A DNA stretch of 64,000 nucleotides from an uncultured Alphaproteobacteria bacterium. GTDB lineage: Bacteria > Pseudomonadota > Alphaproteobacteria > Rhizobiales > Xanthobacteraceae. Location: assembly GCA_963823115.1 (NCBI GenBank), contig CAWGKJ010000015.1, positions 70,795-134,794 on the forward strand. Direction: 5' to 3'. The notes below the pieces were generated by a model. It ran no database searches. It saw nothing but the letters and a program-made list of their open reading frames with translations, and had not been told where the DNA came from. The position numbers and the translations under genes were made by a program. Positions 1-9,204 of the stretch are shown in pieces. Positions within the stretch are counted from its first letter, which is position 1; the number at the start of each line of letters is the position of its first letter.

Positions 1-573
1 CTGGTTGCCGACGAGACCTACGGTCCCAAGGACACCGACATGGGTCCGCAGCTCACCAAGATCAAAGGCACGCCAGGCGTCCAGGCCTTGTTCATTTTCG
101 GCCTCGGTCAGGGGCCTGCCGTCGTGAACAAGAACATCAGGCAGCTCGGCATCACCATGCCGATCTATCATGCGCACGGCGTTGCGTCGGAGGAATTCAT
201 CAAATTGTCCGCCGGCGCTGCGGAAGGCGTTCGGCTGCCGGCCGCCGCGCTGCTCGTCGCATCGAAACTGCCTGCCGACGATCCGCAGAAGCCGGTGGCG
301 ATGGGTTACGCCAAGGCCTATTCCGAGCGTTACAAGGAAGAGGTCTCGACCTTCGGCGGCCATGCCTACGATGGGCTGATGATCGCCATCGATGCGATCA
401 AGCGCGCCGGCGGGACCGACAAGGCCAAGGTGCGCGATGCGATCGAGACGACCAAGAATTATGTCGGCACGGGCGGCAAGGTGAATATGTCGCCCACCGA
501 TCACATGGGGCTCGAACTCTCGGCCTTCCGCATGCTGGAAGTGCGGAATGGCGATTGGGCGTTGATCAACTGA
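1..573 (+). CDS. ABC transporter substrate-binding protein, branched-chain/aromatic acid type (5' end outside window)
   Basis: Frame is open from base 1 (LVADETYGPKDTDM...). Contains FGGHAYDG, VRDAIE and SPTDHMGL motifs of LivJ/HbaE-like binding proteins. Confidence 0.85.
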   Translation: MVADETYGPKDTDMGPQLTKIKGTPGVQALFIFGLGQGPAVVNKNIRQLGITMPIYHAHGVASEEFIKLSAGAAEGVRLPAAALLVASKLPADDPQKPVAMGYAKAYSERYKEEVSTFGGHAYDGLMIAIDAIKRAGGTDKAKVRDAIETTKNYVGTGGKVNMSPTDHMGLELSAFRMLEVRNGDWALIN

Positions 574-779
574 CGGTCTCGGTCGCGTCCGGCGGTGCCG
601 GACGCGACTTCGCCTTCGGCTGCGGCGCAATGGCGAGTGCGCGGTCGTGCCCAACCGCGCCGCGGGTCCGGCCGGCAGATCGGGACTGCGGCCTGCCGTT
701 AATTTTCGATCAGTCCTGTCCGAGATCGAACACACCGGGAGGGTCGTCCCCTGCGATCCCGAGGGGTTACATTGCGGCC

Positions 780-1751
780 ATGAAGAATCGTTTGTTGGGT
801 CAGTGGATCGAAAAGCAATTGGCCGATCGCCCCTTGCGGGCGAATTCGCTGATCATCACGATATACGGTGACATGATCGCGCCGCACGGCGGTACCGCCT
901 GGCTCGGCGGCCTTATCCGTCTGGTGGAGCCGCTCGGACTCAATCCGCGCACGGTGCGCACCTCGGTGTTTCGCCTCTCGCGCGAGAAATGGCTCGTGTC
1001 GGAGCAGATCGGCCGGCGCAGCTATTACAGCCTGACCGCGATCGGCCGGCGACGGTTCGAACATGCCTTCCACAGGATATACGACGATGCGCGAGTGTCC
1101 TGGGAAGGCGACTGGCAGGTTGTCCTGACTCCCGGCGACAGCCTGACGCCGGCGCTCCGCGATGCACTGCGAAAGGAGTTGCTCTGGGAGGGGTACGGCG
1201 CCATCGCTCCCGGTGTTTTGGTTCATCCTTCGGGGCAGACCGATGAGCTGCTGGATATTCTCCAGATCGCCGGCGCGCACGACAAAGTGGTAGTGCTGAA
1301 GGCGCAAACCCTCGGCGCTCTTTCCAGCCGGCCGCTGAAGGAACTAGTGGATCAGTGCTGGAATCTGAGTAAGGTCGCGGCCGAATACCAGGCGTTTATC
1401 GACCGCTTCCGCAGCGTGGCGCGGGCGCTGCGTAGCGCGTCGATCCTCGACCCCGAACAGTGCTTCGTCATCCGTACGCTGCTGATGCATGAATTTCGCC
1501 GCGTTCAGCTTCGCGACCCTTCCTTGCCGCGCCAGCTCCTGCCAGACGATTGGCCCGGCTACACGGCGCGGGCCATGTGTCGCGACATCTACCAGCTCTG
1601 CTGGGGGAAGACCGAAGCGCATTTGATGCAAATGCTGGAAACGGCCAATGGGCCGTTGCCGCCGGCGGCGAAGAGCTTCCACGCGCGCTTTGGCGGCATC
1701 CTATTGGATGAACCCGAACCGGGCGGCTCACAACCGATGGGCGCCACTTGA
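780..1751 (+). CDS. paaX: PaaX-family transcriptional repressor (phenylacetyl-CoA-responsive type)
   Basis: SLIITIYGD...VRTSVFRL, LRKELLWEGYG and RDPSLPRQLLPDDWPG are PaaX signatures. ATG at 780 preferred over the ORF-track start at 555. Confidence 0.9.
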   Translation: MKNRLLGQWIEKQLADRPLRANSLIITIYGDMIAPHGGTAWLGGLIRLVEPLGLNPRTVRTSVFRLSREKWLVSEQIGRRSYYSLTAIGRRRFEHAFHRIYDDARVSWEGDWQVVLTPGDSLTPALRDALRKELLWEGYGAIAPGVLVHPSGQTDELLDILQIAGAHDKVVVLKAQTLGALSSRPLKELVDQCWNLSKVAAEYQAFIDRFRSVARALRSASILDPEQCFVIRTLLMHEFRRVQLRDPSLPRQLLPDDWPGYTARAMCRDIYQLCWGKTEAHLMQMLETANGPLPPAAKSFHARFGGILLDEPEPGGSQPMGAT

Positions 1752-1753
1752 AG

Positions 1754-2347
1754 TTACGATGAGGATCGACCCCAGGCCAGAGGCTCGGTATCGTTGGCAA
1801 GACCATCTCCCTGCGCCAACAGGGCATAGCCCGCCTTGAGCGCGTCGACGTTCAGGTCGAGAAAGCCTCTGGGCGCCTCCGCACGCACCACTTGCTCAAT
1901 CTGCGTCCGGTCACAGACGCCGCTCAATGCGACCAGGGCTCCGAGCGCAACGATGTTCGTCACCCGCTCGCTTCCCAATTCCAAAGCGGTGCGGCTGAGC
2001 GGCAAGTGATAACGGCGATAATTGCCCGCCGGTAATTCAGGACAGAGTCTCGTGTCAGCGATGACCAGCGCGCCCGCCTTGAGCAGCGGCCAGGAAGGCT
2101 TGACGGCGAGTTGATCGAGCAGCACCAAATGGTCGATCGCGGTGGCAAGCGGGAAATCCACTTCGGCGTCGGAGATCACCAGGTCCGCATTGCAGAAGCC
2201 ACCGCGCGAGGTCGGCTCATAGGTTTGCGACTGAGCAACGCGTTTGCCGCCGGCGGCCAGAGCATCGGCCAATATCTTGGCACTGAGGAGCAGCCCCTGT
2301 CCGCCGGTGCCGCCGATGCGCATTTCTATCCGCGAGTCGCTCATCAC
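1754..2347 (-). CDS. 2-oxoacid:acceptor oxidoreductase gamma subunit
   Basis: GGTGGQG, QTYEPTSRGG and NIVALGAL motifs. GTG start overlaps the beta-subunit stop. Confidence 0.88.
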   Translation of the reverse strand: MMSDSRIEMRIGGTGGQGLLLSAKILADALAAGGKRVAQSQTYEPTSRGGFCNADLVISDAEVDFPLATAIDHLVLLDQLAVKPSWPLLKAGALVIADTRLCPELPAGNYRRYHLPLSRTALELGSERVTNIVALGALVALSGVCDRTQIEQVVRAEAPRGFLDLNVDALKAGYALLAQGDGLANDTEPLAWGRSSS

Positions 2348-3180
2348 GAGGCTCCCGCTTGCGACGCCGCGGCGAGCCTATAGGTGGCGCCGTATTCGGG
2401 GCGATCATTCCTCGCCAGAATTCCGGTCGGCAGATCGTTCGACCGGAACGGGGAATCCAACGTATCGCGGTAAGAGCTCGGACGTATCTCGCTCTTTTGG
2501 CGCATGATCATTTCAGGCGACGAGCCTAGATCGTTCTTGCGTCCGAAGATCTCCGTGCAGTCGGACAGAACCTCGACAAATGCGAACCCCGGATGCTCGA
2601 GCCCGGCCTTGATCAGTTCCTTGAGCTTGGGAACGTGGTGCGTCACTTCACGGCCGACGAAACCCGCCCCGGCTGCGACCGCGAGCGCGCAGGCATCAAA
2701 GCGCGGCTCCTGGTTTCCGAGCGGTGTCGTCGTCGTCAGCCGCGTTTCCGACGTGGTCGGAGAAACCTGGCCGCCGGTCATGCCGTAAATTTCATTGTTG
2801 AGCATCAAGCAGGTCAGCTTGAGATTGCGGCGGCAAGCGTGGATCAGATGGTTTCCGCCGATCGCGAGACAGTCGCCATCCCCGGTTATGACGATGACAT
2901 GGAGGTCCGGACGGGCCAGCGCGAGCCCCGTCGCATAGGCCAGCGGTCGGCCGTGGGTGACATGGAAGGTGTTGGCATCGATATAGGCAGACAGCCGTCC
3001 GGCGCAGCCGATGCCGGACACGACGGCGAGCTTGTCCTTGTCGAGGTCGAGCTCGTGGACCGCCCACAACAACGCCCGCAACGCGATACCATGACCGCAG
3101 CCGGGACAGAGAAAGTGAGGCATCATCTCCAGGCGGAGATAGTTTCTGATGTCGAAGCCGGGGGCTGAATCGATGAACAC
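2344..3180 (-). CDS. 2-oxoacid:acceptor oxidoreductase beta (TPP-binding) subunit
   Basis: CPGCGHG, SGIGC, HGR and the TPP motif GDGD...NNEIYGMTGGQ. GTG at 3180 with GAGGAG RBS. Confidence 0.9.
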   Translation of the reverse strand: MFIDSAPGFDIRNYLRLEMMPHFLCPGCGHGIALRALLWAVHELDLDKDKLAVVSGIGCAGRLSAYIDANTFHVTHGRPLAYATGLALARPDLHVIVITGDGDCLAIGGNHLIHACRRNLKLTCLMLNNEIYGMTGGQVSPTTSETRLTTTTPLGNQEPRFDACALAVAAGAGFVGREVTHHVPKLKELIKAGLEHPGFAFVEVLSDCTEIFGRKNDLGSSPEMIMRQKSEIRPSSYRDTLDSPFRSNDLPTGILARNDRPEYGATYRLAAASQAGAS

Positions 3181-4346
3181 TACATCCTCCTCGCCAGAGC
3201 CGCAGCGTGTGTGGCGATATCTACCGGCGTGATTGCCTCGCCGCTGAAAAGATGAATACCTTCGACCGGCGTTCCGCCGAGCACGCGTTCGACCACAAGG
3301 CGAAGCTGGCCGGTATTCATTTCGGGAACGAGCACGGCGCGCGCCTTTGCGGTTGCCTGGCGCAACGCCTGTTCGGGGAACGGCCAGAACGTTATCGGAC
3401 GGAACAGTCCCGCGCGGAGCCCCTGTGATCGGCACAGTTCAACGGCACGGATCGCTGCGCGGGCACTGATGCCGATGGCAACGATGACTACGTCGGCATC
3501 GTCGCAGCGCAGCGCTTCCCAGGAGTCGATCACATCACGGTGCTGGTCCAGCTTGGAAAAGAGTCGTGACAGGTTGCGGGTAACGGCCTCCGGGTCCTGG
3601 GTCGGGAAGCCGTCTTCGCGGTGGGTCAAGCCTGTTGTGTGGGTGCGATAGCCGGCGCCCGGCCGCGCCATGGCTGGAATACAGTCGTCGCCGGCAGCAT
3701 AGGGCTTTGCGGTTGAACGCGGCCCGCTCATCAATTTGCGTTCCGCCCGGTTCAGGCTCCCGGTGTTGTTGAGAGCAGCCGTTTCGGAAAGTTGCGCGAT
3801 CACCTGGTCATAGAGCAGGACTACCGGGGAGCGGAATTGCTCGGCCAAGTCGAAAGCGCGGATGGTCTCGCTGTAGATTTCCCCAACCGAGGCCGGCGTA
3901 AGTGCGATGATCGGATAATCGCCATGGCTGCCCCAGCGCGCTTGCATCAGGTCAGCCTGTGACGGTCGGGTCGGCATGCCGGTGGATGGTCCGCCCCGCA
4001 TGACATTGACGATGACGCAGGGGATTTCGGCTCCCGCAGCGTAGCCGATATTCTCCTGTTTCAGCGAAAATCCCGGTCCGCTGGTCGCGGTCATGGATTT
4101 GGTGCCGCCCATCGATGCGCCGATCACGGCCGCTATGGAGGCGATTTCATCCTCCATCTGCACGAATACGCCATCGACTTTCGGCAACAAGCGCGCCAGC
4201 CGCTCGGCAATTTCCGACGACGGGGTGATCGGGTATCCGGCAAAGAACCGGCAGCCGGCGGCGATCGCTCCCAACGCACAAGCGTGGTTGCCCGAGATCA
4301 GCTTCGAGACGTTCTTGCCGGTAAGCGCGGTATCAATGGCGTTCAT
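3180..4346 (-). CDS. 2-oxoacid:acceptor oxidoreductase alpha subunit (no fused gamma domain)
   Basis: GYPITPSSEI, QMEDE, TATSGPG, RGGPSTGMPT and EMNTGQ motifs. Confidence 0.92.
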   Translation of the reverse strand: MNAIDTALTGKNVSKLISGNHACALGAIAAGCRFFAGYPITPSSEIAERLARLLPKVDGVFVQMEDEIASIAAVIGASMGGTKSMTATSGPGFSLKQENIGYAAGAEIPCVIVNVMRGGPSTGMPTRPSQADLMQARWGSHGDYPIIALTPASVGEIYSETIRAFDLAEQFRSPVVLLYDQVIAQLSETAALNNTGSLNRAERKLMSGPRSTAKPYAAGDDCIPAMARPGAGYRTHTTGLTHREDGFPTQDPEAVTRNLSRLFSKLDQHRDVIDSWEALRCDDADVVIVAIGISARAAIRAVELCRSQGLRAGLFRPITFWPFPEQALRQATAKARAVLVPEMNTGQLRLVVERVLGGTPVEGIHLFSGEAITPVDIATHAAALARRM

Positions 4347-5308
4347 CGCAGAGCCGCTCCTTCTGCAACGGTCGTTGCATCATCGAGATGAACCCGAATG
4401 GCGAAATCCGGACACAGCCACTCGCACAACCGGCAACCCGTACACTTGTCCGGAGCGGACAGTTCCGCGATCTGCTCTGCATCCAGTCGCAAACAGTGCT
4501 CCGGACAGAATTTCACGCAGATATCGCAGCTCTTGCACCACTCGCGATTGATTTCGAGGTGTATTCGGCCGGCTTCGCCCGCCGGCGCCGGTATCCTCGC
4601 CGTCGGCGTTTCCTGCAGCGGAGTGGATTTTCGCGCCTCGTCGATCCAAATGCGACCGCGGCGGAAAGCCTCCAGGTTTACGGTGACGGTCTTCTTCGGT
4701 ACGAAGCTGGCAACCGCCGTCTCCCAATCCGCGACAGAAAAATCCAGTGTGGTGGAAAGCGCGCCGAGCAGGATGACGTTCGCCGCGCGTTCGTTGCCGA
4801 GTTCTTCTGCCATATGGGATGCGTCGATCGCATATCCCTCCGCCACGTGAGCAATGACTTCGGCCGGCGTCTCGGACGAATAGCGCAACGGCGCGCCCGG
4901 ATGGCGATTGAGGCAGGCAAACGGTGGAACGATGCGCTTGGTGTCACAGATGAGGATGCCGGTGGTTGGTTTGAGGAAGGGCAGCCACCGCATTCCCTCT
5001 GCCCATTCCAGTGCGACGAGAATATCGACTTCGCCTTTCGGGATGGTCGGCGACCACACCCTTCGCCCAAACCGCACATGGCTGAACACAGCGCCGCCGC
5101 GCTTGGCCATGCCGTGGACTTCGCTCTGTTTGACATCGAAGCCCTGGGACTGCGCGAGCAAAGCGAGCACTTTGGAGACCATGATGACGCCTTGGCCGCC
5201 TACGCCGACGATCAGGACGTTGGTCGGCTCGTGCGCTGGATTGGCCGCCGCTGCCGTGCGATCCGGCAACGCGGTGGCGGAAAGGACCGTGGGGGGCGGG
5301 CCGCTCAT
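4343..5308 (-). CDS. iorB: Indolepyruvate oxidoreductase beta subunit fused to a C-terminal 2x[4Fe-4S] ferredoxin (delta-like) domain
   Basis: GVGGQG and SEVHGMAKRGG (IorB), then a Pro/Ala linker, then CKSCDICVKFCP and CTGCRLCEWLCPDFAI. ATG at 5308 overlaps the iorA stop. Confidence 0.85.
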   Translation of the reverse strand: MSGPPPTVLSATALPDRTAAAANPAHEPTNVLIVGVGGQGVIMVSKVLALLAQSQGFDVKQSEVHGMAKRGGAVFSHVRFGRRVWSPTIPKGEVDILVALEWAEGMRWLPFLKPTTGILICDTKRIVPPFACLNRHPGAPLRYSSETPAEVIAHVAEGYAIDASHMAEELGNERAANVILLGALSTTLDFSVADWETAVASFVPKKTVTVNLEAFRRGRIWIDEARKSTPLQETPTARIPAPAGEAGRIHLEINREWCKSCDICVKFCPEHCLRLDAEQIAELSAPDKCTGCRLCEWLCPDFAIRVHLDDATTVAEGAALR

Positions 5309-7125
5309 TGTGTCACCGGAGCAGCAGACTTGATGCAATCCACGCTGCATACTTGTGCGCAGAGCGTGCAACCGATGCAAAGCGACTGGTCGATCTGGAC
5401 CTTATGCCTGCCCTCGAACCATTGACCGCTCCAGGTTATCGCCGGGCAGCCCAGGTTCATGCACGACTGGCAGGCACTGCACTGTTCCTCGACGACCTGC
5501 AACGGCGGGCCCTTGATTTTGACGGGGTCAAGGACGCAAGGGCGATTGGCGATCAGGACGGAAACGCCGCGGTAATTGATGGCATCGCGCAACGAGTGAT
5601 GCATGGCGGCAAGGTCGTAGGAATCCACAGTGCGTACCCATTCCACGCCGATCGCGCGAACCAGCGCTTCGTAATTCACCTGCGGCGCGTCCTCTCCCCT
5701 GAGCGTCTTGCCCGTGCCGGGATGTTGCTGACCTCCGGTCATCGCCGTCACATGGTTGTCGAGCAGCAGCACCGTGATGTTGGCCTGGTTGTAGACAGCG
5801 TTGAGGAGTGACGGAATTCCCGCGTGCAGGAAGGTCGAATCGCCGATGGTAGCGATGACCGGCTTGGTTTCGCCAGCCTTGACCATGCCGATCGCGTTTC
5901 CGATCGAGGATCCCATCGACACAGTTGTGTCCATGCCGCGCAGCGGATCGAGGCATGCCAGGGTGTAGCAGCCGATATCTCCGGCGACGCGCGCGCCGGC
6001 AGAGCGCACGGCCATGAAGCTCGATGTATGCGGGCAACCGGCGCAAAGCACGGGCGGACGCACCAACGGCTCCGGTGTCCACGGGCTTTGATGCGGGCGC
6101 GGCGCAAGAATCCCGGCCTGCTCGAACCCGGCGCGAACGAGCTCAGGAGACAATTCGCCGCTTCGGGGAAAGAAGCGCTTGCCCTCAACCTGAAATCCCA
6201 GCACGCGGATTTGCTGTTCGATCACGGGTTCGAGTTCCTCGACCACGAAAATACGGTCGACCAACTCGCAATAGCGGCGCAGTAACTCGTCCGGCAGCGG
6301 CCACGAAGCGCCCAGCTTCAGCACACTCGCGTCAGGAAGCGCTTCGCGCACGTAAGAATAGCACGTTCCCGCCGTGATGACGCCGAAGCTCGGGTCGCCG
6401 TCCTCCCAGCGATTGATCGGGCTTTCCGAAAAATGCGCCTTCAAGCGCGCCTCGCGCTCGAGCACGACGCCATGGCGTCGCCGGGCGTGGGCCGGAATCA
6501 TGACATTCTTCGCAGGGTCTTCGATGAACTTGCGCGGCGGCGGCTCCACGCGATCGCCGATCATCACCGCACTGCGGGTATGCGAAAGACGGGTCGTACT
6601 GCGCACGATCACGGGTGTGTCGAACGTCTCCGAAAGCTCGAACGCAAGGCGCGTAAAATCAAGCGCCTCCTGGGCATCGCTCGGCTCGAGCACCGGAACG
6701 GTAGCCAGCGCTCCGTAGATTCGTGTGTCCTGCTCGTTCTGCGAACTGTGAATGCCGGGATCGTCGCACACGGCGAGGACCAGCCCGCCGTTTACGCCAA
6801 TATAGGTTTGCGACAGGAATGCGTCAGCCGCAACGTTGAGTCCGACGTGCTTCATGGCAGCCAGTGCGCGCCGTCCGGCAAAGGATGCGCCGATCGCAAC
6901 GTCGAGCGCGACCTTTTCATTGGTCGACCACTGGGCGTGCACGCTCTCCGCCGGATAGGTGGCCAGCGTTTCGAGAATTTCAGTGCTCGGTGTGCCCGGG
7001 TAGGCGGCGGCGACCTTCACGCCAGCCTCCCACGCGCCGCGCGCGATCGCTTCATTCCCCGTCAGCGGACGAGTTTCCTTTGTCTCGCCAGCCGGCGGCT
7101 CAACGGCCTGCAATCCTTGATCCAT
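5305..7125 (-). CDS. iorA: Indolepyruvate (aryl-pyruvate):ferredoxin oxidoreductase alpha subunit
   Basis: GNEAIARGA, YPGTPSTEI, MKHVGLNVAAD, SSQNEQD, CAGCPH, GDIGCY, GDSTFLH and C-terminal Fe-S motifs. ATG at 7125. Confidence 0.93.
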   Translation of the reverse strand: MDQGLQAVEPPAGETKETRPLTGNEAIARGAWEAGVKVAAAYPGTPSTEILETLATYPAESVHAQWSTNEKVALDVAIGASFAGRRALAAMKHVGLNVAADAFLSQTYIGVNGGLVLAVCDDPGIHSSQNEQDTRIYGALATVPVLEPSDAQEALDFTRLAFELSETFDTPVIVRSTTRLSHTRSAVMIGDRVEPPPRKFIEDPAKNVMIPAHARRRHGVVLEREARLKAHFSESPINRWEDGDPSFGVITAGTCYSYVREALPDASVLKLGASWPLPDELLRRYCELVDRIFVVEELEPVIEQQIRVLGFQVEGKRFFPRSGELSPELVRAGFEQAGILAPRPHQSPWTPEPLVRPPVLCAGCPHTSSFMAVRSAGARVAGDIGCYTLACLDPLRGMDTTVSMGSSIGNAIGMVKAGETKPVIATIGDSTFLHAGIPSLLNAVYNQANITVLLLDNHVTAMTGGQQHPGTGKTLRGEDAPQVNYEALVRAIGVEWVRTVDSYDLAAMHHSLRDAINYRGVSVLIANRPCVLDPVKIKGPPLQVVEEQCSACQSCMNLGCPAITWSGQWFEGRHKVQIDQSLCIGCTLCAQVCSVDCIKSAAPVTQ

Positions 7126-7195
7126 CCCTATTGCCCCAACTGGACTTGGCTGTTCTGCCAAACACCTATTGTTCTTCAATCATCAACCAACGTAA

Positions 7196-7209
7196 TTGAG
7201 CCAGATCAA
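7196..7209. promoter_or_regulatory. FNR/FixK/AadR-type box (one mismatch) upstream of iorA
   Basis: TTGAG-CCAG-ATCAA versus consensus TTGAT-N4-ATCAA, about 70 bp upstream of the iorA start. Confidence 0.55.
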
Positions 7210-7647
7210 TCGGTTACTGCTCAACTTCCGAACAACAGCCGAGATTCCCAGCTTGCGCGGACCGAAATACGCATTATAGTACCAAATATAATAATAAGAA
7301 CTCTGGAGCAACTGTAAATGCGCATGGAACTGCGGACAGGGAGAGACAATTCTTGATCGTCGCCGTTTGCCGTCGATGAGTATGTGAGCCAGCGCTGCCT
7401 CAGGTTGCATGTGAAACGGACGATTGGTCCCTGGAAATATCAGCGGTGGATCGAATTCGTTGATAGCCTGTCCGAGATCGCGACCGGGAGCCTTCAGCGC
7501 TACATGCGGCGTGACATGGAACTCGGATCAAACAGTGGGGCTGCCGATTTCCGTGCTATCTGAATTGATGGTCTCGCCACATGGTTGTGAAATGGCGGGA
7601 TCAAGTCCGTCGCCCCGTTTTGTACGCCATCCATGGTGAGGAGCAGC

Positions 7648-8613
7648 ATGACGAACGCACAAGCCCAGGCATCCGCAGATGGTTCAATACGCCGCCTGAC
7701 GTCGGCTGACCTCGACAGGGTCATCGAAATCGATCGCGAAGTCAGTGGCCAGCCGCGGCGCGGATTTTTCGAGAACCGGCTTGCTGCAAGCCTGAACGAG
7801 CCCGGTGCCTTCATTTCGCTCGCCTACATCGAGAAGGGCGTGGTGCAGGGGCACGCGCTCGCGCATATGCTCGACGGCGAGTTCGGAGTTCGCAAGCGGG
7901 TTGCCGTTCTTGATGCGATCGGGACGTCGCAATCAGTTCGTGGGCATGGCGGCGCCCGTGCGCTGGTGAGGGAACTTCAGCTCACGGCGCGCGCATCCGG
8001 CGCACACGCCCTGCGCACGCAGGCTTTGTGGTCCAACGTGTCCATGATGCGATTTCTCGCAGCGGTTGGCTTCAGGCTCGGGACCCGTATCGTGCTTGAT
8101 CGCCCGTGTGCCAGGAAACCCGGCGAGATGCCGCTGGGCGACGTTGACGCAGATATAAGTCTGGATCTTGCGCCGGAGAGAATATCGGTGCGCTCGCTGA
8201 CGCTTGCCGATCTTCCTTCTGTCATTGGGCTCGACCGCGAAATCACCGGACAGGACCGGTCCGTCTATTTGAAGCGAAAGGTCAGTGAAGCACTTCGCAA
8301 GAACGGCGTGCGTTTGTCCATGCTGGCCGAAATAGATGGGACCCCCGCCGGATTTATCATGGCGCGGGTCGATTATGGCGAGTTTGGTGAAACGGAAACC
8401 GAGGCCGTGCTGGATACGATCGGCGTCGATTCGGAATTTCAAGGTCAGCACGTGGGCACGTCCTTGCTGGCGCAGATGCTGTCCCAGCTCAGCAGTTTGC
8501 GTGTCGAACGGGTCCGGACCATGGTCGAGTGGAACAATGCGACGCTCATTGCCTTTCTCGATCGGTCGGGGTTCAAGCCGACGCAAGATCTGAACTTCTC
8601 GCTATCGCTTTGA
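7648..8613 (+). CDS. Tandem (two-domain) GNAT acetyltransferase, BadL-like
   Basis: Two repeats (IRRLTSADL..IDREVSGQ.R...DGEFG...LDAIG and VRSLTLADL..LDREITGQDR...YGEFG...LDTIG), each resembling the single GNAT at 32245-32724. GAGGAG RBS before ATG 7648. Confidence 0.82.
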   Translation: MTNAQAQASADGSIRRLTSADLDRVIEIDREVSGQPRRGFFENRLAASLNEPGAFISLAYIEKGVVQGHALAHMLDGEFGVRKRVAVLDAIGTSQSVRGHGGARALVRELQLTARASGAHALRTQALWSNVSMMRFLAAVGFRLGTRIVLDRPCARKPGEMPLGDVDADISLDLAPERISVRSLTLADLPSVIGLDREITGQDRSVYLKRKVSEALRKNGVRLSMLAEIDGTPAGFIMARVDYGEFGETETEAVLDTIGVDSEFQGQHVGTSLLAQMLSQLSSLRVERVRTMVEWNNATLIAFLDRSGFKPTQDLNFSLSL

Positions 8614-8661
8614 CGGCGCCGTCGTTTTCGGCGTCATGAGGACGATTGATCACAGGAGACC

Positions 8662-9156
8662 GTGGTGCCGCTGAAATATTCGTCGTCCCGCATTCTGCAT
8701 GACGATCACATGGCGACGATCGCCCTCCTGACCGAAGTCGAACGCGTGGTTCTCTCCCGCCAGGCCGTGCCTGGTCAGAACTCCGAAGAAACCGCAAGGT
8801 TGATCGATCGCCTGTGCAAGGCCCTGGATGGCGAGATCTCCGGCCATTTCGATTTCGAAGAGGCTTCGGTTTTTCCAGCGCTCGCTGAATTGGGCATGGC
8901 GGATCTCGGCGATTTGCTGACCGAGGAGCATCATGCCTTGCGCAATGTCATGAACGATATCGTCGCCAGCGGACGCGCGGTTCGTGGCGAGGGATTTTCC
9001 CCCGAGACGTGGGTAGTATTCCGACGGCTGTGTGGCGAACTGATCGAGCGCCTCACCTCGCATATCGAGAAGGAAGAGCGGGCGTTAATCCCGGAGATGG
9101 AGGACGCCCTGACGCCGGAAATCGACACCGAACTCGCCGCCCGCCACGATCTCTGA
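8662..9156 (+). CDS. Hemerythrin-like (HHE) domain protein
   Basis: HDDH...HFDFEE...EEH...HIEKEE pattern. GGAG RBS. Confidence 0.8.
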   Translation: MVPLKYSSSRILHDDHMATIALLTEVERVVLSRQAVPGQNSEETARLIDRLCKALDGEISGHFDFEEASVFPALAELGMADLGDLLTEEHHALRNVMNDIVASGRAVRGEGFSPETWVVFRRLCGELIERLTSHIEKEERALIPEMEDALTPEIDTELAARHDL

Positions 9157-9204
9157 TCGCAGGGCTGACGGAGCTCTCGTGGCTTCGCGCAAGACGTCTC
9201 CCGG

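Noticed and set aside
1754-4346. Naming the alpha/beta/gamma genes padGIE or korABC
   Set aside because: The family is clear but the substrate is not. No PadH-like flavoprotein is present and the beta subunit lacks an extra Fe-S domain, so symbols were withheld.
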